From Octopus sinensis (Eukaryota), in the NCBI RefSeq assembly GCF_006345805.1, contig NC_042998.1:6014001-6078000 (forward strand): a stretch of DNA of 64,000 nucleotides. Direction: 5' to 3'. Under the pieces are notes generated by a model, which saw only the letters and a list, made by a program, of their open reading frames with translations, did no database searches and was not told the DNA's origin. Below, in pieces: positions 1 to 13,246 of the stretch. The position numbers were made by a program, and so were the translations under genes. Every line of letters begins with the position of its first letter. Within the stretch, counting starts at the first letter, position 1.

Positions 1-190
1 TGTCCCCCTAGCATTGCTCGACAATGGATGCTGGTGTGTTTACGTCCCCGTCACTTAGCGGTTCGGCAAAAGAGACCGATAGAATAAGTACTGGGCTTAC
101 AAAGAATAAGTCCCGGGGTCGATTTGCTCGACTAAAGGCGGTGCTCCAGCATGGCTGCAGTCAAATGACTGAAACAAGTAAAAGAGTAAG
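1..190 (+). mobile_element. SINE family A, 3' part (cut by window edge)
   Basis: Same body and GTAAAAGA tail as the other family A copies. Confidence 0.85.
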
Positions 191-690
191 GCATTTTGTT
201 TGACACTCAAGTGACTTTGCCAATACACCACCCTTTATTAATAAAAATGACTTGCAAATAAGAATTTGTTCATTATTAATTAAACACAAAACTTTTAGAT
301 GAATAATTGAAAGGATATGAAAATTGAGATGTTCATGTCCTTACAACAGACAGGAGAGATGTAAACTGAAATCAGTTCATAGATTTTTAACTCTTTTGGT
401 ATTGATCTGCCTGTGACCACCCCTGGCACTATGATATAAATTTCCTGTTTTAAAACTGAACTAAATTAAAACCTTCAATCAAGATTTCATGTTAATTTAT
501 GTTCCAGCCACCAGTAAATAATGATAAAGTAATTTTGACAAATTCTTTGTTATTTTCAAAATCAATTGAGACAAAGGCCGTGCATTTCAATAGAAATATG
601 ATAACAAAAGGGTTAATTAAAAAGAATTTACATTTATTTTACTTAGCAATTTATTTTCTTGGCACTAGAGCCATGATTAAGATTTTTTTT

Positions 691-854
691 GAGTGGCTGT
701 GTGGTAAGTAGCTTGCTTACCAACCACATGGTTCTGAGTTCAGTCCTATTGCGTGGCACCTTGGGCAAGCGTCTTCTACTATAGCCTTGGGCCGACCAAA
801 GCCTTGTGAGTGGATTTGTTAGACGGAAACTGAAAGAAGCCCGTTGCATATATG

Positions 855-904
<50 letters not shown>

Positions 905-1100
905 TGTCCCCCCAACATCGCTTGACAACCGATGTTGGTGTGTTTGCGTCAATGTAACTTAGTGGTTTGGCAAAAAGAGACCAATAGAATAAGTACAAGG
1001 CTTACAAAGAATAAGTCCTGGTATCGATTTGCTCGACTAAAGGTGGTGCTCCAGCATAGCCGCAGTCAAATGACTGAAACAAGTAAAAAAGAGAAAAGAG
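691..1100 (+). mobile_element. tRNA-derived SINE family A
   Basis: A/B-box-like head (TGGCTGTGTGG...GTTCAGTCC), internal (TA)/(TG) microsatellite, conserved body. Confidence 0.85.
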
Positions 1101-1315
1101 AGATGCTCAACGCTATTGCTCTACTTGGATTGCTGGTGACACACAGAAGTCTCTACAAGGTAATTCAATCTGCTGTTATAGAAATAACAGCTAAATCTCC
1201 CTCAAATCCTGCTCTGTCGTTTGGGATAAGAAAGAACATATTGGCAGATGTACTCTATTGATACACATACAAGAGATGGGATGAGATGATCAAGTCCAGT
1301 CGCCTTTGAACATAC

Positions 1316-1620
1316 ATCATCATCATCATCTTCATCGTTTAATGTCTGTTTTCCATGCTAGCATGGGTTTGACGGTTCAACTGGGGTCTGGGAAGCCCGA
1401 AGGCTGCACCAGGCTCCAGTCTGATCTGGCAATGTTTCTACAGCTGGATGCCCTTCCTAACGCCAACCACTCCGTGAGTGTAGTGGGTGCTTTTTATTTG
1501 CCACCGACACAGGTGCCAGACGAGGCTGGTGAACGGCCCGCTCGGATGGTGTTTTTTATGTGCCACCACCATCCGAACGTGGCCGTTCGCCAGCCTCGTC
1601 TGGCACCAGTGTCGGTGGCC
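1316..1620 (-). mobile_element. RTE 3' UTR fragment
   Basis: (CAT)n-CGTTTAA...CATGCTAGCATGGG start, as in 54147-54884. Confidence 0.75.
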
Positions 1621-2185
1621 TGCAGAAATGAGGGCAGACTCGGGGGCAGAGCAATAACAACTGGTACTTTATTTTATCGATTCCTGAAAATGTTTGCCTA
1701 ATAACTAATGCACTGTTGACTTGATGACACAGCTTTGTTCATTTATATAACTAAAGTGTTGTGATTCCCCAATGCCAGACAATGAAATTTACATATTTGT
1801 CATAGCAGCTGCCATAGATTAGAAATGGGTAGGACTGTTGTTGTTGGTGTTGGTGTTATTGACGTTGTTGTTGTCACCATCATTGTTAGTGTTGTTGCTA
1901 CTGTTCAACCTAGTTATGTAAATATTAGAGAATGTATGAGACAGACCAGAAATGCCAGAAAACTTGCAATTATTGATTTTACTTTTTAGAATGTCTCCAA
2001 GGAGAGTATTCTCAAGTGGTAGCGCTTTCAGTTTCTTTCATGTAAAAAATTATTTAGATAAAGCAAGGCAAAGGAAGCCATAGAGGAGAAAAGAGAAGCG
2101 AAGAGGAGACAAAAACATGTAAGGCAGGTAGGAGCATCATGGGAGTTATGCTTTGTAACTGTATATATATATATATATATATATA

Positions 2186-2352
2186 CAGGAGTGGCTGTGT
2201 GGTATGTAGCTTGCTAACCAACCACATGGTTCCGGGTTCAGTCCCACTGTGCGGCATCTTGGGCAAGTGTCTTCAAATATAGCCCCAGGCCGACCAATGC
2301 CTTGTGAGTGGATTTGGTAGACGGAAACTGAAAGAAGCCTGTCGTATATATG

Positions 2353-2387
<35 letters not shown>

Positions 2388-2598
2388 TTGTGTGTCTGTG
2401 TTTGTCCCCCTAGCATTACTTGACAACTGATGCTAGTGTGTTTACATCCCCGTCACTTAGCGGTTCGGCAAAAAGAGACCGATAGAATAAGTACTGGGCT
2501 TACAAAAAGAATAAGTCCTGGGGTCGAGTTGCTCGACTAAAGGCGGTGCTCCAGCATGGCCGCAGTCAAATGACTGAAACAAGTAAAAGAGTAAAGAG
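2186..2598 (+). mobile_element. SINE family A
   Basis: Near-complete copy flanked by (TA)n. Confidence 0.88.
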
Positions 2599-2715
2599 TA
2601 TATATATATCGATGGTTATGTTCTGAACCAGCTGATGCAAATATGCAAATTTTCAGAATATGGCCATCTGGAAAAGTGCTTTTAACTTTACTTTCCTTGA
2701 TTACAAGAGAAATAT

Positions 2716-3218
2716 TTTTACGGCAGCGAGTCATGGCCAATAAGGGTGGAAGATATTAGGCGACTAGAATCCTTCGATCACCTCTGTCTACGCCGCATCC
2801 TCTGTGTCCGATGGCATCACTTTGTCTCCAACAATTCGGTGCGACACCAGTGCAGAATCACCTCCCTCCGACAAGTCATCCTAACGAGACGTCTGCGTTG
2901 GCTGGGTCATGCCCTCTGTCGTCAACCAGGAGAATTCACCTACGAAGCAATCGCCCCAGCTCCCCTTCAGGGTTGGCAAAAGCGATGTGGTGGACAATGG
3001 AAAACCTGGCTGAGGACGGTCAAGGCCAATCTGGAACCCAACCTAGGCCCCCATGTACACAGCGTTTGCCGCTGGAATAAGAAGTGGTTGGAGATCACGC
3101 GGTCGTTAGCCTCAAATCGCAAGGCCTGGTTGGCGTTTGTGAGAGATGCAGCATTGAAATTGAATGCAGCCAGCTCAACCCACCCTGGGTGAATGCAGTA
3201 AGAAGAAGAAGAAGATTG
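2716..3218 (+). mobile_element. 5'-truncated RTE-clade LINE (end of ORF plus (AAG)n tail)
   Basis: Reads YGSESWPIRVEDIRRLESFDHLCLRRILCVRW...RRLRWLGHALCR...WLRTVK, a typical post-RT C-terminus of RTE. Confidence 0.85.
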
Positions 3219-3864
3219 CAAGGGAAGATAGATGCATCAGATCACTGGCCTAACTGTAAATGAAACACTTGTAAAGCCGAGTTGCTTAGGATTACTTGAG
3301 TGTCAAAATTTCAAAAGCACCATAATGGAATTGCTTAAGAAATACACACGGAATACTATGATGGTAAGATTTGGTTTTAATGAGAGAGAGAGAGTGGAGG
3401 AAGTGAAGGCAACAAGAAAAGACTTAAATGAAGGGGAAAAGGGAGAATAGAGAAGGAACGAGGGAAAGGAGAAAAATGATGGTGAAAAGAAAACAACAAA
3501 TTGATTTTCAACCAGAAAAATCTAATAGTGTTATTAAAGTTAGCGGTGACAATAGGCTTTCAAAATCTATTGTACAGAGCTAACCTGAAACAGCAGCTCC
3601 ATCAAAATATCATCCTTGTACACATTCACACATACATACACACACACACACACACAAACAGAGGAAAAGAACGAAATATAAAAATGGAAATAAGAATAGA
3701 AATTAGAGAATGAAATCTAAAAGACTGAAAGTAACAGGTTCAATAGTAAATCGAATAAAGGTGAATCGATCAGTAGATGTCAATATTTTATAGATGAGTT
3801 AAGCTATCTAATTAGTGTATAAATGTAGGTCTACATACACTCATATACACTTGAGCATATATTC

Positions 3865-4435
3865 TTTTTATTCGCGTCAGTCGTTTGACTGCGGCCATGC
3901 TGGAGCACCGCCTTTTAGTCGAGCAAATCGACCCCAGGACTTATTCTTTGTAAGCCTAGTACTTATTCTATCGGTCTCTCTTGCCGAACTGCTAAGTGAC
4001 GGGGGGGGGGACTTCAACACACCAGCATCGGTTGTCAAGCGATGTTAGGAGGACAAACACAGACACGCAAACATATACACACACATACATATATATTGTT
4101 TCTTTCTGTGGAAGAGCATAGGCTCGAAACGTAAAAGACTTTTTCTATTCCTGAGTGTTATACTAATACATCTGTTTGATTTCTACACCATCTGTCTTCG
4201 TCTTTTGTTTTTTTCCTGAATTCTCCCTATATATATATGTGTGTGTCTAATATAAATGGCACTGTGAATCTGCTGGGAATCACTTCTCTATGTTTTTCTA
4301 ACCAGTATTTAATCGCCTTTATTCCTAAATCGTGTGGAATATTGGTGTAGAGGCTTACCACATCAAAACTTAGTCATATATATATATATATGACGGGCTT
4401 CTTTCAGTTTCTGTCTACCAAATCCACTCACAAAG
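3865..4435 (-). mobile_element. SINE family A, interrupted in its internal microsatellite
   Basis: 3' half 3865-4095; body resumes at about 4390 after inserted sequence. Confidence 0.7.
4101..4138 (+). ncRNA. Degenerate minimal hammerhead-like motif in a short (TA)n-flanked module (about 4096-4227)
   Basis: Stem I TCTTT/AAAGA, core CTGTGGA(+A), stem II GAGC-ATAG-GCTC, GAAAC-GTA. Core A6 is replaced by T. Confidence 0.5.
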
Positions 4436-5136
4436 CTTATATGTGTTTAATTGCATGAGAGCTCATAAATGTGAACAGAATAAAACTGTCATCCTACAAT
4501 TTAACATTTTTAATTCTTTAACCATCAACAACTTGCATACGTAAGATTATGAACACACCCATCTGTATGAGTGTCTGTTTGTGAGCTGTTATGTCTGAAC
4601 GATCGTACGTGCCATTTTCAAATTTTTCAACTTTCATCTCAACCTGGTTTTGGTGACCCCATTTCACTGGTGAGCGATCTTTTAGTCCCTAGTTACTCAC
4701 TTGGCTGTTCTCTCTCTAAAAATATTCCCCACACACAAACACACATCATAATTTCTTTGGAGAAGAGCCATCTCTGAAACATCGAATGTATCTCTCATCA
4801 CAATACACAAACTATTCATATTATGATATTAATACAAATTGTGTTTTGCTGACACATTAATAATTTACTCAAACTCTAGTTTTTATTTAATTTTCTAATT
4901 ATTACAATGCTCTTGTTTTTTTTTTTACCAGTGTTACTCTAGCCAATTAATTCTAGTCACCTTCAGTTCAAACAGGCATCTATACAGATCGAAATTAAAG
5001 CAAACTTGATCACAACAGTTATTAATGGTAGTCATGAAGCGGGGGGGGGGGGAATACAATACAGTTTTCACCTGAATGAATACATGTATATATATATATA
5101 TATATATATGTATGTACCCACACACACAGTGTATAT

Positions 5137-5543
5137 ACTCTTTACTCTTTTACTTGTTTCAGTCATTTGACTGCGGCCATGCTGGAGCACCGCCTTTTTA
5201 GTCGAGCAAATCGACCCCGGGACTTATTCTTTGTAAGCCCAGTACTTATTCTAACGGTCTCTTTTGCCAAACCGCTAAGTGACGGGGATGTAAACACACC
5301 AGTATCGGTTGTCAAGCAATGCTAGGGGGACAAACACACACACACACAAACACATACACACACACATATATATATATATATACATATATACGACAGGCTT
5401 CTTTCAGTTTCCGTCTACCAAATCCACTCACAAGGCTTTGGTCGGCCTGAGAAGACACTTGCCCAAGGTGCCACGCAGTGGGACTGAACCCGGAATCATG
5501 TGGTTGATTAGCAAGCTACTTACCACACAGCCACTCCTGCGCC
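5137..5543 (-). mobile_element. SINE family A
   Basis: Near-complete reverse copy with a short internal deletion. Confidence 0.88.
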
Positions 5544-5826
5544 AATATATATATATTGTATATATTATACATATCATATATTCATTATATATATAATATG
5601 TTATATAGATATTAGAGAGGAGTGGACAGCGTGCTGTGACCAGTGGTGTCAAATGGACGCCTGACGGACTGGTCGGTCAAGATGATATACATATATATAT
5701 ATATATACAGTAAAAGCAATTAAGATTCAAGTGAGTTCTATTGAATTCACATGAATGCGGTACTTAACTTAGATGCACCAGAAATCTATATGGTATTAAC
5801 CATAAAATAATGTGGGGTGATTATAA

Positions 5827-5927
5827 ACAAGAAAAAAGCAACAAGAATGGATTAGTTTTTCAGTACAATTCTTCGTATGAAACAATTGTACTGAAAAACT
5901 AATCCATTCTTGTTGCTTTTTTCTTGT
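5827..5927. repeat. Perfect 44-bp inverted repeat (13-nt loop)
   Basis: 5827-5870 is the reverse complement of 5884-5927. Confidence 0.95.
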
Positions 5928-6665
5928 ATATATATATATATATATAAAGTTCCTTAGAAAGGAGGTCAAATGTCACATTTGAGAAAGGATTATGAAGGAG
6001 AATTGATTTTAACTAGGAGTAGAAGCTAAGTCGAAGAATTGGCCCTCTAACAGTTCATCATAGTTCTGCAACGTTGTGTGTATGTGTGTGTATACATATA
6101 TTTTAGGTTTATTATCTGAACATGACATAATGTTATAAATGACGAACCACACAAAAGGAATTAATAGGAAAACAAAGAAAGGCAAGAGTTCTGAAATCAA
6201 ATGCTAAGAATAATGAACATTTTCTTAGGAATTTGCTAAGTGATATAATGGTTATTCATTAGCAAGTATATATATCAGTAATCAATAACATAGACAGTCA
6301 TGTTGATGGCTACACCAAATAAACGATGTTAGCTGTACAATAAAGTGTTGATTTGTATTGTTTGGTTGCCAATAATAAACAAATGCAAAAATTAAGAGAC
6401 AATATTATTCATAATCAACATATAACTGTCAAGACTTCCCACTACGCATCTCCTTAACACTCCTTCATCTCTCTGCCTACAACACCGTTTCTCCAGCTGT
6501 TATAGTTATAATAGAGCAGAGATATGTGGTGCATTGCTGTACTCAAGAAGACCCTACTCACCACAACAGAACTGAGATCCGAAAATCAAGGTGCCATGTT
6601 AAAAGCACTGGTGATGGCGCCATACAAATAACACTGGTGATGGTGCCACATAAAAAGCACACATA

Positions 6666-7023
6666 GGTGCAGGAGTGGCTGTGTGGTAAGTAGCTTGCTA
6701 CCCAACCACATGGTTCTGGGTTCAGTCCCACTGCGTGGCATCTTGGGCAAGTGTCTTCTGCTATAGCCCCGAGCCGACCAATGCCTTGTGAGTGGATTTG
6801 GTAGACGGAAACTGAAAGAAGCCTGTCGTATATATGTATATATACATAAGTGTGTGTGTTTACGTCCCCGTCACTTAGCGGTTTGGGAAAAGAGACCGAT
6901 AGAATAAGTACTGGGCTTACAAAGAATAAGTCCCGGGGTCGATTTGCTCGACTAAAGGCGGTGCTCCAGCATGGCCGCAGTCAAATGACTGAAACAAGTA
7001 AAAGAGTAAAGAGTAAAGAGAGT
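6666..7023 (+). mobile_element. SINE family A (internal deletion)
   Basis: Head and tail present; jumps from the microsatellite to GTGTTTACGTCC. Confidence 0.85.
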
Positions 7024-7406
7024 ACACTCTGTAAAGTGGTAGGCATTAGGAAGAGCATCCAGCAATAGAAACCAAACCAGAACTGACTATGGAACCTGCT
7101 GCAATACCTGACCGCCCGACACATACCAGCAAGGATAACAGACATTAAATGTTGATGATGTTAATGAGAACTGCATATATTTAGTCTCCTCTTCTGTATT
7201 ACTAATTATCTCTTTCCTTCACTCACTGTGTCCACTTCTTTGTGCCACTGACCTCTGTCTCTGTCGCCACACTGTACACCTCTCTCTCATCACCACACTT
7301 CACATCAACGTTTGTAGTTTTCTATTTCTTTTACACTTTCTGGCTGAAGACAAAGAGGTTTGTAGGTCGGGCAGCCTTCTTATCTTGCCTTGTCTTGAAA
7401 CAGCAT

Positions 7407-7590
7407 TCACCCGGGGTGGGTTGAGCTGGCTTCATTCATCCTCAATGCTGCATCTCTCACAAACGCCGACCAGGCCTGGCGATTTGAGGCTAACAAACAC
7501 GTGATCTCCAACCACTCCCTATTCCAGCGGTGAACACCGTAGACATGGGGACCTAGGTCGGGTTCCAGATCAGCCTTGACTGTCATCAGC
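7407..7590 (-). mobile_element. RTE LINE 3' fragment, same family as 2716-3218
   Basis: ADLEPDLGPHVYGVHRWNREWLEITCLLASNRQAWSAFVRDAAL...STHPG*. Confidence 0.82.
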
Positions 7591-8104
7591 TGGGGCAATT
7601 GCTTCGTAGATGAATTCTCCTTCTTCAACGACAAACCCTACTATGGCGTCCGTGGGAGCCGACGCGCTCGCTACCCCAGTGAGGGCAGCCTTCTAGTGAG
7701 ACTGATGCTATAAATGCTTCTCTTAAACCACTGCAAGTCAACAGTTGCAAGAAACACATGAGCAGGAGGGATGACCTAGAAGTCAAAAATAGGGGAATAA
7801 GGGACTGAGCCCAATTGTTAGTGAGAAGCTTGAAAAGTTGAACACAACAAGAGTGTTGAAGGCGGGGAAAGCGGAGTGGTTGGAGATATCAGAATGGAGG
7901 TAAGCCTGGCCAACCCTGAGGAACAGAAGCTAGAGGATGGAGACAGTACAGCTGTTGACCAGTAAATGGGGTGTGTCCATCCCTGGTGAACTATGCCAAT
8001 CAGTCAGGGTTTACACAGTTGTGTGTGCATGCACATAAATGGGCTTGTATGTATACTTGTGCTGGCATCTTTTTTTTTTTGAATGGAATATTGTGTCTTC
8101 TTTG

Positions 8105-8578
8105 CTTTGTCAGCACCATGATCGTAAGATTGTGGTTTCGATTCCTGGACCAGGCGACGCGTTGTGTTCTTGAGCAAAACACTTCGTTTCACGTTGCTCC
8201 AGTCTACTCAGCTGGTAAAAATGAGTAACGCTGCGATGGACTGGCGTCCCATCCAGCTGGGGAATACATACGCCACTGAAACTGGGAAACCAGGTTCATG
8301 AGCCTGGCTAGGCTTTAAAAAGGGCACATTTATTTGTGGAGGTGCAATGGCCCAATGGTTAGGGCAGCAGACACATGGTCGGAGAATAGCGGTTTCGATT
8401 CCCAAACCAGATATTGTGTGTGTTTATTGAGCAAAAACACTTAAAGCTGACAAAAATGAGTAACACTGATGGACTGGCGTCACATCCAGCTGAGGAACAC
8501 ATATGCCATAGAAATTGGGAAACTGGGCCCAATGAGCCTGGCTAGGCTTTAAAAGGGTGCATTTATTTATTTATTTGC
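8105..8578 (+). mobile_element. SINE family E copy followed by a chimeric D-head/E-tail SINE (8338-8578)
   Basis: Both end in GGCTTTAAAAAGGG-(ATTT)n; the second has the family D head GGAGGTGCAATGGCCCA. Confidence 0.75.
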
Positions 8579-9698
8579 TTTTTATACAAAATGTCAAATT
8601 TAGCCCAAACTCCCTGGTATGCATGCATTTGTGCACTTCTGTTTGAATACCTGTATACCATTTCCCCTGTCATTCCAATCTGCTTCTCTCACTATTATTC
8701 CTCTATTTTCTCCACTCCCTGACCACTATCACCTGTTTCACTCTCTTAGCTTTTCCTCCTTCCATACCTCTTCCTCTCTCTCTAATCTGAGATTACATAT
8801 CCCTCAGCATCAGTTATTTGCTTGTAAATTGTTATTTTTCCCAAACCAAGGTTCTGCCCTTGCCCAAAACTGTTACAGTTCTTATCTTTCTCTCAGTATA
8901 AAACTTATTCCACTGCCTGACTTGTATAAATTATGAGCGATTTGTAAATAGAATTCAAATAATACTATCTGCAACAGTATGTATTTACAAACTACATAGC
9001 AATGTTGGAGGACCCCATGTACCTTAAGTGATGAAATAAACACCTCCCATACCTTATTTCTTAATTACTGCCGCAAACGGAGCCACATAATTATCTTCTA
9101 GTCCCACCTGATGCTGATAGATATTGCTTTCAAAATTAAAAATATTTATTTCTTAACACTGGCAACTGGCTTCGCTGTTGCTGCCGTATGCAATGCAGCT
9201 CTAATGCTATTATCCTTAAATGCAATATCGAAATCCTCCATGGTATACTCACTCGCCAATTGCTTGCATAAATACTGCGAAATAAAACTGAGACATGTCC
9301 ATCATGATACACATATCGCAAAAAGGAACAATAGTTTATCTCTCAACACCGAGCAAACGTCTGTGCTTAATTCTTCGGTGAAATGCCTTAGAGATGAAGG
9401 TTTAACCTTGACAGATGAAGATCAGGAGCTGAAGAAGGAAGTAATAACAGAAGAATATTTATCACGATAAATGAAAGTAAAACAGACTCTGGACAAATGA
9501 TAAAGAAGAAAAAAAATGGTGGGGGTTGGGGGGTAGAGAGAACGTGTGTGTGAGATGTGGGGTGGGGGTGGGGGCAGAGATGAATTCATATTCACAAGTA
9601 ATTGAAATTATCATCTACCGTGTAATGGAGACAACATATTTTGTTTGTCTCCTGTTGTGTACGAAAGAAAGGTAGAATTATTCTCTCAGAGCACTCAC

Positions 9699-9851
9699 CT
9701 GCTGGCAACGTCTGTTGCTATGATGATGCGCACTTGACTAGATTTGAACTTGGCCAGGGCAGCCAATCTATTTCTCTGAGACATCATTGAATGAAGCACC
9801 ACGCAGTCAATGCCTATCTCATTAAAAATCATTCCGATTATTTGACAATAT
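9699..9851 (-). CDS. DDX49: Internal exon of DEAD-box RNA helicase DDX49/Dbp8 (helicase C-terminal domain, motif V region)
   Basis: Minus strand: TTTTCTCTCTTGCAG acceptor, 153-nt exon, AG|GTGAG donor. Translates (K)YCQIIGMIFNEIGIDCVVLHSMMSQRNRLAALAKFKSSQVRIIIATDVAS(R), matching remembered DDX49 LHSMM...ALAKFKSS..RILIATDVASR. Phase 2-2. Confidence 0.92.
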
Positions 9852-10033
9852 CTGCAAGAGAGAAAAGTAATGAATAAATAACGATTCCTAACTTTGGCAC
9901 AGAGCCACACAGTTTAAAGTGGGGTGACAATGGGGCAGAGTGTAGTCAATTAAAGCAATTCCAATGCCTGTTTGTTTTGTTTTTCCATAAATCAAATTGG
10001 GAAAAATAGAGTTAATGGTTATGTATTTCCTAT

Positions 10034-10419
10034 AGGCTAATGGATGGAAGCACTCCGTCGGTTACGACGATGAAGGTTCCGGTTGATCCGAATCAACGGA
10101 ACAGCCTGCTCGTGAAATTAACGTGTAAGCGGCTGAGCACTCCATAGACACGTGCACCCTTAACGTAGTTCTCGGGGATATTCAGCGTGACACAGAGAGT
10201 GACAAGGCCGGCCCCTTGAAATACAGGTACAACAGAAACAGGAAGTAAGAGTGAGAGAAAGTTGTGGTGAAAGGGTACAGCAGGGATCACCACCATCCCC
10301 TGCCGGAGCCTCGTGGAGCTTTTAGGTGTTTTTGCGCAGTAAACACTCACAACGCCCGGTCTGGGAATCGAAACCGCGATCCTATGACTGCGAGTCCGCT
10401 GCCCTAACCACTGGGCCAT
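10034..10419 (-). mobile_element. tRNA-derived SINE family D (tail type 1)
   Basis: Reverse complement of the head TGGCCCAGTGGTTAGGGCAGCGG...GGTTTCGATTCCC. Confidence 0.82.
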
Positions 10420-11807
10420 AAAAGCTAATGATATAAATCTCCAGTGGATCAACTACTAGTTTCCTGCACATTTTTGACATTAAGAGTAACAAGGAAGTAT
10501 TTGAAACTAAGTATTGAACAAATATCACAAAGGACTTTGCTTAAAGAGCACCAGTTCTTCAGTTTTCTTGATATTCTTTACATCTTTTATTGATGAGCAT
10601 TGAAAGATACAATGCACACACAATTATGATGAACCTTCAAACAATTTCTGTCACACAAATTTCACTCTTAAAAACATTAGTCAAACCTCAGCTAGAGAGA
10701 AGACGCTTAGTGGAAGTGAATCTAGATTTCAACCACATGAGTACAGAGTGAACTTTATTTATTATGCAGCCATATCCAATTGAGTGGTGTTTGAATTGAT
10801 ATCAAATATACAGAAATGAATGGATGCTGAAAACTTAAGTCAAAAGAAAATATTTGAAATGGTGAACCAAGCAATGCAGTAGAACACGTTTCTTGGCCCC
10901 AAAACTGGAAAATATGATCAATATATTTTCTACAGTTTTCAAACCATTTTGGCACAGTTGTTCGCTTATATCACTTGTGTGTATCAATCACTATCAAGCG
11001 GCAAAGTCACTCCAAAAGCAACCAGCATTTTCTTTGTTGATAGTAATTAGAAATATAATCAATCAAGCTAACACTGAACACACTGGACTCAATTAATAGC
11101 TACCGCTAACAAGTAGTTGATTGTTGTGTTTAAGTTCTTCATCAGCCAATATTTTAATACTTCAGTCTTAAAACACTATAACGAACACAAACTCTTTCTG
11201 AATTTGAATTACTTCTTGATTCTACAGAATAAAGTTTGTAAATGTTCCGGTGATCTTTCAGTGTTGTTCGTAAAACTAACTAAAACTGTCTGTAAGGGCT
11301 CTACCATCACATCTCTTCTTTCCACTATAACCCTTGACACAGCTAATCAGGAGACAGACATTAGTTGTCGTTAGAACCACACATCGTTCTACGTAGCAAA
11401 TACAAAAATATTAGTAAGTAGCACATAGACCAGATGTCCAGCATCACTTAGGGAAGTGACCTTTTGTTTTTTTTAACAAAATACAAAAATGCAAATTTGT
11501 GAACTCTGTGAAAGAAACGAATAGATAAATTTTACAGTTCGATGTTGGCAGATTGACAACAAACCACTCCAGTAAATGAGATACAGAGGAATATTTTGCT
11601 GCAAGAGCTGATGAGAGATAACGATGATCGATTTGCTGAAATGTTGACTGGGATGTAGTAGACACGTTCTGCTACTTAGGTGGTATAATAAAGTTGTGGG
11701 GAAAAAAAAATCAAAGAACTGTTAGCATCGCTGTAGACAAATGATTTTTCTGTTCCTGGAAAGGGCAGATTAAATGGAACATGCATAAGGCACATGGTAG
11801 ATACATT

Positions 11808-12170
11808 ATCATCATCCTCATCATTGTTTAATGTCTGCTTTCCATGCTAGCAACGGGTTGGACGATTTTGACTGATGGCTGTACCAGGCTCCAATCTTGA
11901 TCTGGCAAAGTTTCTACAGCTGGATGCTCTTCCTAATGCCAACCACTCCGAGAGTGTAGTGGGTGCATTTTACGTGCCACTGGCATGGGGGCCAGTCAAG
12001 CGGTACTGACAACGACCTCTCTTGAATCCTTTTACACATGCCACCAGCACAGGTGCCAGTAAGGCGACTTTGGTAACGATCACGCTCAAATGATGCCCTT
12101 TTACGTTCCACTGGCACGGAAGCCAGTTGGCTGCTCTGGCAACGATCACGCTCGGATGGTGCTCTTGGCA
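11808..12170 (-). mobile_element. RTE 3' UTR fragment
   Basis: Same family; subtype shared with 60206-60665. Confidence 0.75.
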
Positions 12171-12502
12171 TGTTAAATAAACGTAACAGATCTGTTGTAT
12201 CAATAAAGTTGAGCTTAGTCAACTGGAAGAGCAATATCTATTTAGAGTTATGGTGGAAAACAAGAGAGTTAGTAACAGCCGTTGTGTGATACTTTCAATA
12301 CTGAAGACATTACTTTTGTAGTGATGGCAGTAATTGGGTGAGAGTGATGCAGTTAAAGTTCAACTGAATTCTTAATGGGCAGTTATTGCTTGGAAGGGAA
12401 ATAGAAGTACTGACTGGTCCTAGAAATGAGAAGAGTACAAACCAACAAGACCTCTGTTAGAAGGGCAAAGACCAATAGGATAAGTGTATATAGTACAGAG
12501 TA

Positions 12503-12835
12503 GGTGCATGAGTGGCTGTGTAGTAAGTAGCTTGTTTATGAACCACATGGTTCCGGGTTCATTCCCACTGCATGGCACCTTGGGCAAGTGTCTTCTACTA
12601 TAGCCTCAGGCTGACCAAAGCCTTCTGAGTGGATTTGGTAGACGGAAACTGAAAGAAGCACATTGTATATATGTATATATATGTGTGTGTGTGTGTGTTT
12701 ATATGTTTGTGCCCCCAACATCGCTTGACAACCAATGGTGGTGTGTTTACGTCCCCGTAACTTAGCAGTTCAGCAAAAGAGACTGATAGAATAAGTACTA
12801 GGCATACAAAGAATAAGTTGTGGGGTCATTTGTTC
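12503..12835 (+). mobile_element. SINE family A (older, 3' truncated)
   Basis: Similarity to other copies. Confidence 0.8.
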
Positions 12836-13246
12836 CTCGAACCATCCAACCTATGCCAGCATGGAGAGGGGACACTAGGTTATGATGATGCTGATGATGC
12901 ATTAGCAAGGACTATGGTGGATCGATATGATTTGAGGGAGATTTGACTACTATTTGTAGCAGGTCAAACAACCACATAGAAGATTCCTCATTAGCTCATG
13001 GGTACATTTACGTTATGTATAGATGTCTCAGATCTGATACGAGAAAAAAGCTGTAGTGATGTTGTCAGTAAATGATGTAATGTGTGGTAGAATATTATGT
13101 CTGGAAGAATACAGCGATTCTGTCATGTTTCCAGCCGAAGGATGTATGTCTATTTGTTCAAATCCATCAAACTGAGATGAGTTACATTTGTTTTTTTCAA
13201 AGAATTAACAAGAACAAGTGAGATCTTAACATGGAAAAGTGATCAT

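Noticed and set aside
9270-9330. CEIKL peptide recalling the DDX49 C-terminal RECEIKL
   Set aside because: Wrong strand for the gene and only five residues; coincidence.
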